The notes: a model not told the origin generated them from the letters alone. Counted from the first letter of the stretch, positions 7,970-18,138 are shown. The stretch: 28,150 nucleotides of DNA from Opitutales bacterium (GCA_040398005.1 JBBAUX010000003.1:110150-138299), one strand, 5' to 3'. Numbers and translations are program-made.

Positions 7970-9075
7970 TGAGTTCACTTTTTTCCAAAAATCGCGATTC
8001 CGCCGCGCTGCTCCCAGGAAATCGTTTTTTCGTTCGGTTGATTGAGTTAGAGCCAGACAATATTGCTAGCCAAGTTTCTCTAGCGATTGAGACGGTATCA
8101 CCCTTCCCATCCGAGCAAATGCTGATGGGTTATATTACCAGCAGTGATAATAAATGGGCGTTGGCTTACGCGGCCCACCGTCGACGTTTCACCCCCGAAG
8201 AAAGTTTTGCTTGGCCCGATGATTGTCAGGTTATTCCGGAATTTTTAGCTTTGCTCGGTCAAAGACCCGAGAAAGGTGGAATTTTAATTCACGAAGGCGC
8301 TGATCTCTTAACAGGTCTAGCCTGGAATGAAAACCAACCGCTACCCAAGTGTGTTTTGGTAGTAGATAACAAAGATAGCAGTGTTGATCGCTTAACCAAG
8401 GAAATCGTCGAACGCACGGGGCTGCCCACCAGCACACCGGTCATTAATACCACAGGTGAATTCTCCAGTGCACGAAACGACTCCCTATTAATTTTAAACT
8501 GCAACCACGGTAAGGCCTTCCAACTTTCCAGTAACCAATTAGATAATGCCGACATTCGTGATGCCGATTTTTTAAGTACGCGAAGAAAGAAAGAACGGGT
8601 TAACAAACTATTATGGAACACCGCGCGCATTGCCGTAGGCATTATTATCGCTTCTTTTGTTTTTGAGATTTCGGAGTTTCTCATCAACTGGAGATCCAAT
8701 AATCTCCGACTCATCAATGAGAGCCGTCAGTCGACCATTCAAGAAATTGAGTCAGCTCAAGCCATTTCGGCACGGATTACCGATATGAATACCAAGGCGC
8801 CGTTGCCCTTAGAAATGTTGGCCGTGGCCAATGAGAACCGCCCGGCTACGGTTGATTTTCAGCGGGTGAATTGTAAGAATAATACTCAACTAGAAATCGA
8901 AGCACGCACCACCAACGCGAGTGATGTTTATGCTTTTGAAAAATCTCTGAAAGAAAACCCCGGGGTCACTTTTGTGGCGACTAAAGATATGCGGGCTCGC
9001 GACAGTTTTACGACGTTCAGCGTCACCATCACCTTTAAACCTGAAACCCTCCGCAAAGGGGTTAAGAACAAATGA
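7969..9075 (+). CDS. gspL: GspL/PilN-like inner-membrane platform protein
   Basis: Cytoplasmic N-domain (SPFPSEQ), one central TM, coiled coil, then a PilN-like C-domain; position after gspK. Confidence 0.65.
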   Translation: MSSLFSKNRDSAALLPGNRFFVRLIELEPDNIASQVSLAIETVSPFPSEQMLMGYITSSDNKWALAYAAHRRRFTPEESFAWPDDCQVIPEFLALLGQRPEKGGILIHEGADLLTGLAWNENQPLPKCVLVVDNKDSSVDRLTKEIVERTGLPTSTPVINTTGEFSSARNDSLLILNCNHGKAFQLSSNQLDNADIRDADFLSTRRKKERVNKLLWNTARIAVGIIIASFVFEISEFLINWRSNNLRLINESRQSTIQEIESAQAISARITDMNTKAPLPLEMLAVANENRPATVDFQRVNCKNNTQLEIEARTTNASDVYAFEKSLKENPGVTFVATKDMRARDSFTTFSVTITFKPETLRKGVKNK

Positions 9076-9599
9076 AACATTTCTTCTTTAGTCTACAAAC
9101 CCGGGAGCGCATCATGGCCCTCTTAGCTTTAGTCATCGGCGCCATCATCTGGTCAACCGCCTCGTGGTCGCGCGTTAATTCGGGCTGGGATGCGTGGCGT
9201 ACCTTGGAAAACGAAAATCAAATTCAACAAACTTGGCTAAAGAACGAGCCTGCTATCCGTCAGAATGCAGCCAAAGCAATCCAAGGATTAGAAGCAGGTC
9301 GCGGTTACAATGATTCGCAATTGGTTGCCGAAGTAATCGCCGCCACCAAAGAAGTTGGTCTCAATGCCACCACCGAAACACCGAAGACCCAGAAGGCTGG
9401 CAAGTTCGCCCTTCACACGATGCAACTGAGCTGTCGACGCACTGATATGGCGACCGTGGTTAAGTTCTACGAAAACCTCCGCCCACGCGCGCCCTACATT
9501 TCTATCAGCTCCTTTAGCCTACAATCCGATCGTGGAAATTCCGGTACCGTGACGATGACCGTACAATTAACGGCCTTAGAACTGATTAACGGTAAATAA
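9072..9599 (+). CDS. gspM: GspM/PilO-like inner-membrane protein
   Basis: SLQTRERIM followed by a TM helix (GspM-like 'L..RER' motif); ferredoxin-like C-terminus; operon position. Confidence 0.7.
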   Translation: MKHFFFSLQTRERIMALLALVIGAIIWSTASWSRVNSGWDAWRTLENENQIQQTWLKNEPAIRQNAAKAIQGLEAGRGYNDSQLVAEVIAATKEVGLNATTETPKTQKAGKFALHTMQLSCRRTDMATVVKFYENLRPRAPYISISSFSLQSDRGNSGTVTMTVQLTALELINGK

Positions 9600-9601
9600 T
9601 T

Positions 9602-10822
9602 TTAGAACCGGAAGCTGGCGCTTACTTCGAATACCGCTGCGACAATCGCAAAGGCGATGAATGCAACAAACGAGAAAGCGGCGATTAATACGCTCGCTGA
9701 GATGGTTTGGGAAATAGCTCCGAGCCAGCGATCCAACTCCGCGCGATAAGAGCGTGCGATATCTCTGAGGCCTGGTGCTAAATTACCGGTCTGCTCAGCC
9801 ACAGCCACCCGATCCAATAAGAGTCGCGGAAAATATCCCGTGCGAGCTAAGGCCCGAGAGAGACTCTCCCCTTCTAAAACTCGGTCGGTCGCTTCGCGCA
9901 TTTGTAAACGCATGGCACGATTAGGCGCGGTCTTTTCAGCGAGTCTTAAGGCATCAGCCGTCGTAATTCCGTTTTCTAAGAGGACCGCTAAAGTCTGACA
10001 AAAATTAAGGACCGAAACTCGCATCACAAATGCTCCCATTAAGGGTACTTTTAAGAGCAAGGCATCAGAGGCTACTTTTCCCTCTTCTTTTTTCCGCCAC
10101 TGATAAACGCCAATCGCTCCAACCACTAAGGTGATTAAAAAGAGTGGTCCGGCGACCACAAAAAAATCAGCAAAGTTAATTAATAGTTTGGTGGAGAGGG
10201 GTAATTTTCCGCCGAGTGAAGTCAGCAAGGTCTGCAGACGAGGTAATAAATATAGGACGAAGAAAATCACGACGCCGATCGCAATAAAGCAGATGAATAC
10301 GGGGTAAGCCATCGCAGCGACTAACTTACGACGAAACTCCGCTTGCTCCGTAAAGTGAGTGATCAATCGCTCTAACACATCGCGAATATTTCCCGTCGCT
10401 TCACCCGCCGAAATTAAATTAATCGTCTGACCATCAAATACCGCCGGATACGAACCCATGGCTGCCGATAAACTTTGTCCTTCACCTAATTTAGCCCAAA
10501 TCCCCGAACATAAATTTCGGAGGCGTGATTTTTGGAGGCGTAAAGAAAGTAAGCGCAAGGATTCACCGGCGGACATTCCACTGCGCACCAAATCCGCCAT
10601 CGATTCAAGAAACGGTAAACACTCGGCAGGCGTGGGTTCGTTTTCTTTAGAATTGCGATCACTTTTATTTTCTTTTTTGGCTGCCCCTACTTCATCGACC
10701 TTGAGCGGTTTCCAATCTTTCATTTGCAACTTACGTAACGCATCACGGCGATGAGGTGCCTCAATCACTCCCTGAACCACGGCACCCTGGTTATCGCGGG
10801 CAGTGTAAGTAAAAGAAGGCAT
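9602..10822 (-). CDS. gspF: Type II secretion inner-membrane platform protein GspF
   Basis: MPSFTYTARD..G N-terminus; GQSLSAAM, AGEATGN, AMAYP, LPLST, GESLSRAL and EQTGNL motifs. Confidence 0.92.
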   Translation of the reverse strand: MPSFTYTARDNQGAVVQGVIEAPHRRDALRKLQMKDWKPLKVDEVGAAKKENKSDRNSKENEPTPAECLPFLESMADLVRSGMSAGESLRLLSLRLQKSRLRNLCSGIWAKLGEGQSLSAAMGSYPAVFDGQTINLISAGEATGNIRDVLERLITHFTEQAEFRRKLVAAMAYPVFICFIAIGVVIFFVLYLLPRLQTLLTSLGGKLPLSTKLLINFADFFVVAGPLFLITLVVGAIGVYQWRKKEEGKVASDALLLKVPLMGAFVMRVSVLNFCQTLAVLLENGITTADALRLAEKTAPNRAMRLQMREATDRVLEGESLSRALARTGYFPRLLLDRVAVAEQTGNLAPGLRDIARSYRAELDRWLGAISQTISASVLIAAFSFVAFIAFAIVAAVFEVSASFRF

Positions 10823-10824
10823 AA

Positions 10825-12510
10825 TTATTCGTTGGAACTTAAATTGCGAACCAACTCATCAATCGTCGTTAAACCAGCGACAACCTTTTCCCATCCTGCT
10901 CGAGACAGAGGTCGCATGCCATTAGAAATCGCACGATTCGTTAATTCGCGATTACTGACTCGCGTTATAATTAAATCGTGCAGCGGCTTCGGATGGAAAA
11001 TTTCGAAGACGCCGACGCGACCACGATAACCGGTGTTGCGACAACGACGGCAACCCACGGGCTCACGCAATGAGGTGACTTGGTTTAATTCTGGTTCACC
11101 CATGCCTAAGGATTCCAAGGCGGGCAATAAACGCGTGCGACTGACGGGCACATCTTTAGCACAATCAGGACAGAGTCTGCGAACTAATCTCTGGGCAATG
11201 ACGAGCTCAACCGCTGATCCCACTAAGAATGGCTCCACGCCCATGTCGATTAATCGGGTAATCGCTCCCGGTGCATCATTGGTGTGCAGTGTAGAAAATA
11301 CTAAGTGACCCGTTAATGAGGCCCGAATAGAAATTTCGGCGGTTTCTAAATCTCGAATTTCACCGACCATAATCACATCAGGGTCTTGGCGTAAAGTACT
11401 ACGCAAAGCATTCGCAAAAGTGAGACCTATTTCTGCTTTGGTTTGAACCTGATTGGCGCCCGGTACTTCGTACTCGATTGGATCTTCAATCGTGACGATG
11501 CGTAAGTCAGGGGAATTAATTTCTCTTAAGAAAGCATTCAGCGTAGTGGACTTACCTGAACCCGTCGGGCCGGTGACTAAAATAATGCCGTGCGGATAAT
11601 CTAAAACTTTTCGAATGATTGCTTGTTCGTCGGGCGACATGCCAATGCGATTCATATCATAGGCTTCTTTTCGCTGATTCAGTAAACGCAAGGAAACTGA
11701 CTCTGCATAAATGGTCGGAATCGTCGAAACACGAATATCTAAAACATTTTTTCCGTCGCGGAAATTAATGCGACCATCTTGGGGTAGACGTCGCTCGGAA
11801 ATATTGAGCCGCGCCATAATTTTTAAGCGCGAAATAATCGCGTCTTGAAACCGTGCTAAATTATCAGGCAACGGAACGGGAATAAGAATCCCATCAACAC
11901 GATATCTGATTCTTAAATTTCCCTCTTGGGGCTCAAAGTGAACGTCCGTCGCTCCTTCGGCAACGGCCTGAGATAAAACATCGGTGACGAATCGAACCAC
12001 TGCCGCATCCGCATCAGCTTCGACGTCGGAAGACATTGATTCCTGGGCGGGTAAATCTTCACCCTCGTCATCTAAACTACCGCCACCGACGCCGTAGTTT
12101 TCGTTGATCAGTTGAGCGACGCGCTCAGGCAGAGCCAGAAACCATTTTGGGCGACGAGCAGAAAAAGTGCTGATCCAATCCAGCGTATCACTATCAGGAG
12201 GCAGTGGTGAAATTAAGTTAATCCGGCCCTCTTCGGCGCCCGCAATTAAAACCGGAACCACTTGAGTTTCGCTCGCCAATCGCGCGGGTAAAATTTTTAT
12301 GCCATTCGGATCAATCGCGGGTTCTTCTAAAACGGTTAAACCAGTCGCTTGCGCTAACTTATTTAATAAGGTGGCTTCCGTAATATTTAATTGTTGAGCG
12401 AGAACCTTGAAGCGATTTTCACGCGACGTCTCGTTGATGAAACCGAGTGCGGCATCACTGAGTTGACCAGTAAGGCTCACGGGCAATCCATGGCGTGTGG
12501 CCAGTGACAT
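10825..12510 (-). CDS. gspE: Type II secretion ATPase GspE
   Basis: Walker A GPTGSGKS, Asp box TIEDPIEY, Walker B LRQDPDVIMVGEIRD, His box TGHLVFSTLHTN, CPDC/CRRC zinc motif. Confidence 0.95.
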   Translation of the reverse strand: MSLATRHGLPVSLTGQLSDAALGFINETSRENRFKVLAQQLNITEATLLNKLAQATGLTVLEEPAIDPNGIKILPARLASETQVVPVLIAGAEEGRINLISPLPPDSDTLDWISTFSARRPKWFLALPERVAQLINENYGVGGGSLDDEGEDLPAQESMSSDVEADADAAVVRFVTDVLSQAVAEGATDVHFEPQEGNLRIRYRVDGILIPVPLPDNLARFQDAIISRLKIMARLNISERRLPQDGRINFRDGKNVLDIRVSTIPTIYAESVSLRLLNQRKEAYDMNRIGMSPDEQAIIRKVLDYPHGIILVTGPTGSGKSTTLNAFLREINSPDLRIVTIEDPIEYEVPGANQVQTKAEIGLTFANALRSTLRQDPDVIMVGEIRDLETAEISIRASLTGHLVFSTLHTNDAPGAITRLIDMGVEPFLVGSAVELVIAQRLVRRLCPDCAKDVPVSRTRLLPALESLGMGEPELNQVTSLREPVGCRRCRNTGYRGRVGVFEIFHPKPLHDLIITRVSNRELTNRAISNGMRPLSRAGWEKVVAGLTTIDELVRNLSSNE

Positions 12511-12513
12511 AGG

Positions 12514-14604
12514 TTATTTCGTAACGGGCGCGGCGGGTGATGGGTTGATAACCTTATTAACCTCTTCGGCAATCGGCGTGGCGTTAATTCGATTCAGCGC
12601 GTTAAGATTATCTACTGCCGAATTATTGAGAACATAAGGTCTCAGGAATATCACTAGCTCGGTGCGGGTCTTGGATTTAGTGGACGAACCCAATAAGTCG
12701 CCCAAGAAAGGAATGGGGCCGAGGCGGTTAGCATCATCAAGACTCTGGGTGCGCTGTAATCCACCTAGTACAATAATTTCTCCACTCATCGCACTGACAA
12801 ATGAATCCGTTGAACGTCGTCCGATAATCGGTTGAAGATTTCCATCTAAAGTCACTTGGCCTAAAATATCTTCAACTTGTTGGGTCACTTGTAATTGGAC
12901 GGAGCCATCTTTGCCAATAAGCGGTAAAACTTTTAACTGAATGCCGATATCGCGTTGAGAAACGGTTGAGCTGCTCACAAGGCCCGATGTACCCGCGGTG
13001 GACTGAGTTCCGGTAATTACGGGGCGAGATTCTCCTACGAAAAGAGTCGCTTCTTTATTATGGGTCGTGGTGATGGTTGGAACGGACAAAATTCGGGTAT
13101 CACTCTTCGTGGGGGTAGTTGAAAGTGCAATGATCCCCGAGAGGTCATTACCCGCAGCTAGTGTAGCGAAAGCCGAACCATTGCCGGCCAACGTGCCACC
13201 ACCAAAGGTGCTACTCACTCCAACTAATTTTCCGTTAGTGACATTCATGCCCAGGGCACGGATTCCACTCGTGTCATCATCTTTTAAGGTAACTTCGGCG
13301 ATAACCACTTCCACGCGCACCTGTGGTAAGACTACATCTACTTTATTAATTAATTCTTGAAGTAATCTTAAGTCATCTTTGGTACCCGAGACGACGATTG
13401 AGTTACTACGCACATCGGCCAAGACCGTGGTCATGCTACTAAATTCGTCGGCGCCATTTTGGGCGGAGGCAGAAGCTGCAGTCGCTTGAGCTGTATTATT
13501 ACCTGTGGGGGTGGTAACTCGATTGGTGCCTGTGGTAGATTTACCACCACTCGCGGTGGTGGTCGCTTTAGTTTGTCCCGTGATTAACTGAGTGAGTAAT
13601 GTAGCCACCTCGGTAGCATTGGCATGACGTAAGAAAATGACATCCGTTTTAGTGTTAGGGTCCGCATTGGCGTCGAGTGTCTCAATAAGATTATCGAAGA
13701 ACGTGTGTTGATCAGCAGAGCCAAATAAAATAATTCGGTTGGTACGTTCATCAGCGGTGAATGATGTGCCGGTGCTTAGACGAAAAGGGGCGCCTGCCGT
13801 TTGGGCAGGAGAACGAAGAAGTAAGGTAAGTTTATTTACTACATCTGTCGCAATCGCATGTTTAAGATTGTACATCTTGGTTGCGACGACGTCCAACTGC
13901 GGACGGTCGAGTTGGTTGAGTAGCGTTTCTATTTTTTGCAGATTCATAATCGAATCCGTTACTAAGATAGCGTTGTTACGTCCGAAATAAACCGGCGGCG
14001 TGGCGAGAGTCGCATTCAGCATACTCGCAATTTGTCCCACCACTTCCTGCCCATTAGCGTGCTTGAGCACAAAAATTTTGGAAGCGACGCGTCCACTCGA
14101 AGGTAAATTCAAAGTGCTTTCCATAATCAGCGAAGGCGATTCACTCTTCGCAACATTGTTGGGAACGACTTTTAAAAATCGGTCGCCTTGTTGAATAACG
14201 GCCACGCCATTAAGATTTAATAATGTCTCGATTGCCAAAAGAGCTTCGGCACGCGTCGCCCCCACTGGCAAATTCAGCGTATACAAATTAGGGGGCAGCG
14301 CTTGCGGACGTAATACCGTTTTACCGGTCCATTTTTGGAGAATATCTAAAACTTGCGCCACAGTATCATCGCGCAGTGAAACTGGACCAACTTTATCGTT
14401 CGGCGATAATGTTGGAAGTGGCGTGGCCACGGCGACGCCTGAGACAATATTAGTTTCCGCTGCAAAACCCGGGAAGACAGCAGTGGCGAGAGCTCCGATG
14501 ATCAAAACATTCAAAAACTTCTTGGAATGAAATCTGGAGGTGAAAATAAACTTGGGGAGTAACACGTGAATGGGGGTTACCTTTATAACAACACGACCAC
14601 CCAA
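12514..14604 (-). CDS. gspD: Type II secretion secretin GspD
   Basis: N0 plus repeated LKHA/LRHA Secretin_N domains; PQVRVEVVIAEV, DIGIQLKVLP, GEIIVLGGL, IPFLGDL and TELVIFLRP secretin motifs. The start is probably GTG at 14565. Confidence 0.93.
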   Translation of the reverse strand: MGGRVVIKVTPIHVLLPKFIFTSRFHSKKFLNVLIIGALATAVFPGFAAETNIVSGVAVATPLPTLSPNDKVGPVSLRDDTVAQVLDILQKWTGKTVLRPQALPPNLYTLNLPVGATRAEALLAIETLLNLNGVAVIQQGDRFLKVVPNNVAKSESPSLIMESTLNLPSSGRVASKIFVLKHANGQEVVGQIASMLNATLATPPVYFGRNNAILVTDSIMNLQKIETLLNQLDRPQLDVVATKMYNLKHAIATDVVNKLTLLLRSPAQTAGAPFRLSTGTSFTADERTNRIILFGSADQHTFFDNLIETLDANADPNTKTDVIFLRHANATEVATLLTQLITGQTKATTTASGGKSTTGTNRVTTPTGNNTAQATAASASAQNGADEFSSMTTVLADVRSNSIVVSGTKDDLRLLQELINKVDVVLPQVRVEVVIAEVTLKDDDTSGIRALGMNVTNGKLVGVSSTFGGGTLAGNGSAFATLAAGNDLSGIIALSTTPTKSDTRILSVPTITTTHNKEATLFVGESRPVITGTQSTAGTSGLVSSSTVSQRDIGIQLKVLPLIGKDGSVQLQVTQQVEDILGQVTLDGNLQPIIGRRSTDSFVSAMSGEIIVLGGLQRTQSLDDANRLGPIPFLGDLLGSSTKSKTRTELVIFLRPYVLNNSAVDNLNALNRINATPIAEEVNKVINPSPAAPVTK

Positions 14605-14713
14605 TAGTTCGATTGAATTTATTACCTAAAAATCCCCGCAATCGTGTATGGTGAACATTTTTTCACCTTTTTCTTGCTTTTATTCGTATTTGGCAGATAT
14701 TATCGATAAATTG

Positions 14714-15244
14714 ATGCGTGACGATATCCCAGAATGGCTAGGTAAGCCACCCCATCGCGGTAGCGAAGCCTGGGAGATTTGGCTCATACAGTGGAGAAAA
14801 TATGCACGCCATGAACTCAAGGATGATGCTGCCGATAATCCTGAGTTTGATTACGGCCTGCTCTCAACCGAAGAGCGCTGGAGAGTGAATTTACGCCTAA
14901 CCATCAAAGAGAATATCGAAGCCGGACGCGAGGGACGACATCCGCCTGAGGTTTCACCCAAATCGGTAACCGATCTTAATCACGCGGCGTTTGTTTCATG
15001 GCAAGTGGGCCGATCAACCCGCACCGAAGATTTAGATATCGATACGGCTTCATTAGAGCAGTGGGTCGCCAAACGAATCAATGCGCGGCGCCAACGCATC
15101 GCACACGGCATTCGGTATGGATTTTTAGCCGGCCTCGGAGCCGAAGCCACCGCACCTTCTTGGTCAACGCCTGATTATGTGGCCGCCTATGAAGCAGCCT
15201 GGGAGATAGGAAATTGTATCGCGATCGAAACTGACCCACGCTGA
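14714..15244 (+). CDS. Trp-rich hypothetical protein
   Basis: 176-aa ORF divergent from gspD; ATG at 14714 preferred over 14648; no family recognised with confidence. Confidence 0.75.
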   Translation: MRDDIPEWLGKPPHRGSEAWEIWLIQWRKYARHELKDDAADNPEFDYGLLSTEERWRVNLRLTIKENIEAGREGRHPPEVSPKSVTDLNHAAFVSWQVGRSTRTEDLDIDTASLEQWVAKRINARRQRIAHGIRYGFLAGLGAEATAPSWSTPDYVAAYEAAWEIGNCIAIETDPR

Positions 15245-15301
15245 GGGTTGCGTTTTACGCGCCCTCCCATTATTCTATTTTCTACTAGGTTTCTACTACT
15301 T

Positions 15302-16627
15302 ATGGATACACTCATACCAATATTACTAGGACTTCTTGTTTTAGGGGTCGGCGCTTTAATTTATTTATACTCAACACAAAAAAACTCAGGGGCAGCTTCG
15401 GGCAGCCAAGACCTTCTAGTACAAGATCTAAGAGCACAAATTAAAGCCCTCCAAGCCAGTTTGCAAAACGAACAGGACTTAAAAACCAAAGCCCTTCAGC
15501 GTGTTTCCGCAGCTGAAGCCATTGCGGAAAGTTCCAAGTCTCAACTCGCCGACGCCCAAAGTAGCCATGCGATAGGTCTAGCCCAGGCTCGTGCCGACTC
15601 CGAAAAAAATATCGCGGAACTCAAGGTAGCATTTTCAAAAATGAGCACCGACGTGCTTAAGGGCATGGCTCCTGATGTGACCAAAGAAGTCGCCAACAAA
15701 GTAACTCCGCTCATTTCTGAAGTAACCACCGCTCTCGAAAACTATCGCAGAAGTATGCAGCAAAGTATTTTAGGTCAGGACCAAGCGATCGCCGCGGTGA
15801 ATGCACAGATGACGCAAATGGCCGAAGCTACGAAATTACTTTCTTCGAGCACTAATGATTTTACTGCCGTTTTAAAATCCTCCCAACATCGTGGTAAATG
15901 GGGCGAGCAGACCTTAAGAAACGTCGTCGACTCAGCTGGCATGAGCAGCCTCTGTGATTATAGCGAACAAGTTTCGACCGACGATACCCGTCCCGATTTA
16001 ATTGTCCGCATTCCCGTCAATCGTTGTGTGATTATTGACTCCAAGGTGCCCGAGTTCGATGTCGCCCTCGCTAATCACTCCGCTCCCAACCGCAAAGAGC
16101 TGGTGGAAGATCATGCCAAGAAAATGTTGAAGACCATCAAGGACTTAGCCGCTAAAGATTATGCATCCAAAAAACAAAATGGTCTTCAGCCATTTGAGAA
16201 AGTGGTTTTATTTTTACCTGCCGAATCTTTATTAAGTACAGCCTTAGAAGGAGATAATAATTTAATTCTTAAGGCGAATGAGCAAAATATTCTTATCGCT
16301 ACCCCTGCTACCCTTTTGGGATTCTTAAGTGCAATCAACTTATCCTGGCAGCAACACAAACAGTCTGAAAATGCTAGTAATATAGCTGCAGCCGCGAAAG
16401 ATCTCTATGAATGCGTGGAAACATTTATTGGGCATATTAGTAAAGCAAGAAATGGTCTTCACTCGGCCTCTGAAAACTTCAACAAGGCGATTGGCAGCTA
16501 TGAAAAGAATATTCGTCCAAAAGGTGACAACCTTCGAGCACTGGGTGCAGCCGAAGGACGGGATAGTTTTGAACCTATAGCTGATGTGAACACAGATATT
16601 CGGCGAATCGAAGGTAGTGCGGATTAA
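15302..16627 (+). CDS. rmuC: DNA recombination protein RmuC
   Basis: N-terminal TM, long coiled coil, RGKWGEQTL, RPDLIVRIP..IIDSKVP (PD-(D/E)xK), LFLPAE, IATPATL. ATG at 15302 preferred over TTG at 15248. Confidence 0.9.
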   Translation: MDTLIPILLGLLVLGVGALIYLYSTQKNSGAASGSQDLLVQDLRAQIKALQASLQNEQDLKTKALQRVSAAEAIAESSKSQLADAQSSHAIGLAQARADSEKNIAELKVAFSKMSTDVLKGMAPDVTKEVANKVTPLISEVTTALENYRRSMQQSILGQDQAIAAVNAQMTQMAEATKLLSSSTNDFTAVLKSSQHRGKWGEQTLRNVVDSAGMSSLCDYSEQVSTDDTRPDLIVRIPVNRCVIIDSKVPEFDVALANHSAPNRKELVEDHAKKMLKTIKDLAAKDYASKKQNGLQPFEKVVLFLPAESLLSTALEGDNNLILKANEQNILIATPATLLGFLSAINLSWQQHKQSENASNIAAAAKDLYECVETFIGHISKARNGLHSASENFNKAIGSYEKNIRPKGDNLRALGAAEGRDSFEPIADVNTDIRRIEGSAD

Positions 16628-16693
16628 TCGCCAATAAGTTTTTTAAAAGTGGTATTGCACTAGGGGTGAGATGTGTTTCTTTAGACCCCTCCC

Positions 16694-17290
16694 ATGCGCG
16701 CCGCCAAAGAAACTGTTGTTAGCATTGAATACACTTTAAAAGATGATCGCGGAAATATCCTCGATACGTCGGTTGGCCAAGCGCCGATGGAATATTTACA
16801 CGGTGCGAGTAATATCATCCCTGGACTCGAACAAGCGGTGGAAGGTTTAGTCGCGGGCGATTTCAAAGCCGTATCCGTCCCTCCCTTATTAGGCTACGGT
16901 GAATACAGCGAAAAATTAATTCAGCGCGTGCCGCTCGATCGCTTTGGTGAAAATAAAGTTGAAATCGGCATGCGTTTTCATGCAGAAACCAATTTAGGAA
17001 TGCGCGTCTTGGTCATTCGTCATGTCGACGACAAAGAAGCCGTGCTGGACGGAAATCACGAGCTCGCCGGCAAGACACTTCATTTTGATGTAAAAGTCGT
17101 CAGCGTGCGCGCGGCCGAACTCAGCGAACTCGCCCACGGACATCCTCACCAATCCGGCGGTTGCTGTGGTGGCAGTAGTAGTGGCGGCGGATGTTGCTCG
17201 AGTGAGTCCGAGGGATCCTGCGACACCTCCGAGAAATCATCCGACGAAAAAGGCGGATGTGGTCAAGGTGGCTGTGGCTGCGGTAACTAA
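16694..17290 (+). CDS. slyD: FKBP-type peptidyl-prolyl isomerase SlyD
   Basis: VVSIEYTLKD, YLHGASNIIPGLE, DGNHELAGKTLHFDVKVVSVRAA..ELAHGH; Cys/Gly-rich tail. Confidence 0.93.
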   Translation: MRAAKETVVSIEYTLKDDRGNILDTSVGQAPMEYLHGASNIIPGLEQAVEGLVAGDFKAVSVPPLLGYGEYSEKLIQRVPLDRFGENKVEIGMRFHAETNLGMRVLVIRHVDDKEAVLDGNHELAGKTLHFDVKVVSVRAAELSELAHGHPHQSGGCCGGSSSGGGCCSSESEGSCDTSEKSSDEKGGCGQGGCGCGN

Positions 17291-17697
17291 GCCCAAAACC
17301 ACTGTAAGTTAATTGCCGTATCGTCGCGGAAAGATTGTTTTACCGGGCAAGCTTCAGCGGCACGAATTAAACGTGGGCGTAATTCCTCAGGAATCCCTGC
17401 AGGCATAAACATCTTCACATCCAATTGTGCAATGCGACGTGGTGGAGTCGTCGACATATGTTTTTCTATTTCTACTTTGAAGCCCGTGAGGTCGAGCGGG
17501 ATGGACTTAGCCTGGATACCGATAATGGTGATCAGACATGTGGCCACGGATGCCGCAGCAAGGTCGGTCGGCGAAAATGAACGGCCCTGTCCCTGATTAT
17601 CAACGGGAGCATCGGTAATAATTTCTGCACCCGATGGCGCGTGGACGGCACGTACTCTTAAATCTCCCAAATACTCGCACGAAATCTTAATGCTCAT
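17287..17697 (-). CDS. OsmC/Ohr family protein (YhfA-like)
   Basis: TDAPVDNQGQGRSFSPTDLAAASVATC ... AEACPV, with both conserved Cys. Confidence 0.88.
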   Translation of the reverse strand: MSIKISCEYLGDLRVRAVHAPSGAEIITDAPVDNQGQGRSFSPTDLAAASVATCLITIIGIQAKSIPLDLTGFKVEIEKHMSTTPPRRIAQLDVKMFMPAGIPEELRPRLIRAAEACPVKQSFRDDTAINLQWFWA

Positions 17698-17768
17698 AAA
17701 ATAAATCTATGAATTTAACATAGGGAGGTCGAGGACAACCCAACGCAAATAAGGACCAGACTAAACGA

Positions 17769-18005
17769 TTATGCGTCGCCGTCTTTACCAATCGCATCCA
17801 CCGGACAGCCTTCTAAGGCTTCCATACACTTATCAATGGCTTCTTGGTTTTCGGGCTGTTTGAAAACGTAAGAGTAACCACCGTCATCTTGGCGGGTAAA
17901 GAAGTCGGGCGCTGTTTCGCGGCAGAGATCACAATCGATACATTGAGTATCTACATAGAATTTTCCCGTAACGCTCTCGGGATGTTTGTCTTTTTTATCA
18001 GCCAT
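17769..18005 (-). CDS. Single-cluster ferredoxin
   Basis: CIDCDLC...CPVDAI Fe-S motif; 78 aa, acidic. Confidence 0.92.
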   Translation of the reverse strand: MADKKDKHPESVTGKFYVDTQCIDCDLCRETAPDFFTRQDDGGYSYVFKQPENQEAIDKCMEALEGCPVDAIGKDGDA

Positions 18006-18138
18006 GATTCTTGGAAAAGTGAACAGTGGAGGGAGTCTGTCAAGATTCCGTGATTAATTATCGCGCCTTAGGATTAAATTCCGAGAATGTGCGTTGACCC
18101 TTTTAGCGTATTAAAGGTATTTATAATCATTCACTCCG

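Noticed and set aside
4566..14604. Type IV pilus or competence system rather than T2SS
   Set aside because: The GspG C-terminal signature, a GspK lacking Glu5, a GspD-type secretin and no PilT in the window favour T2SS
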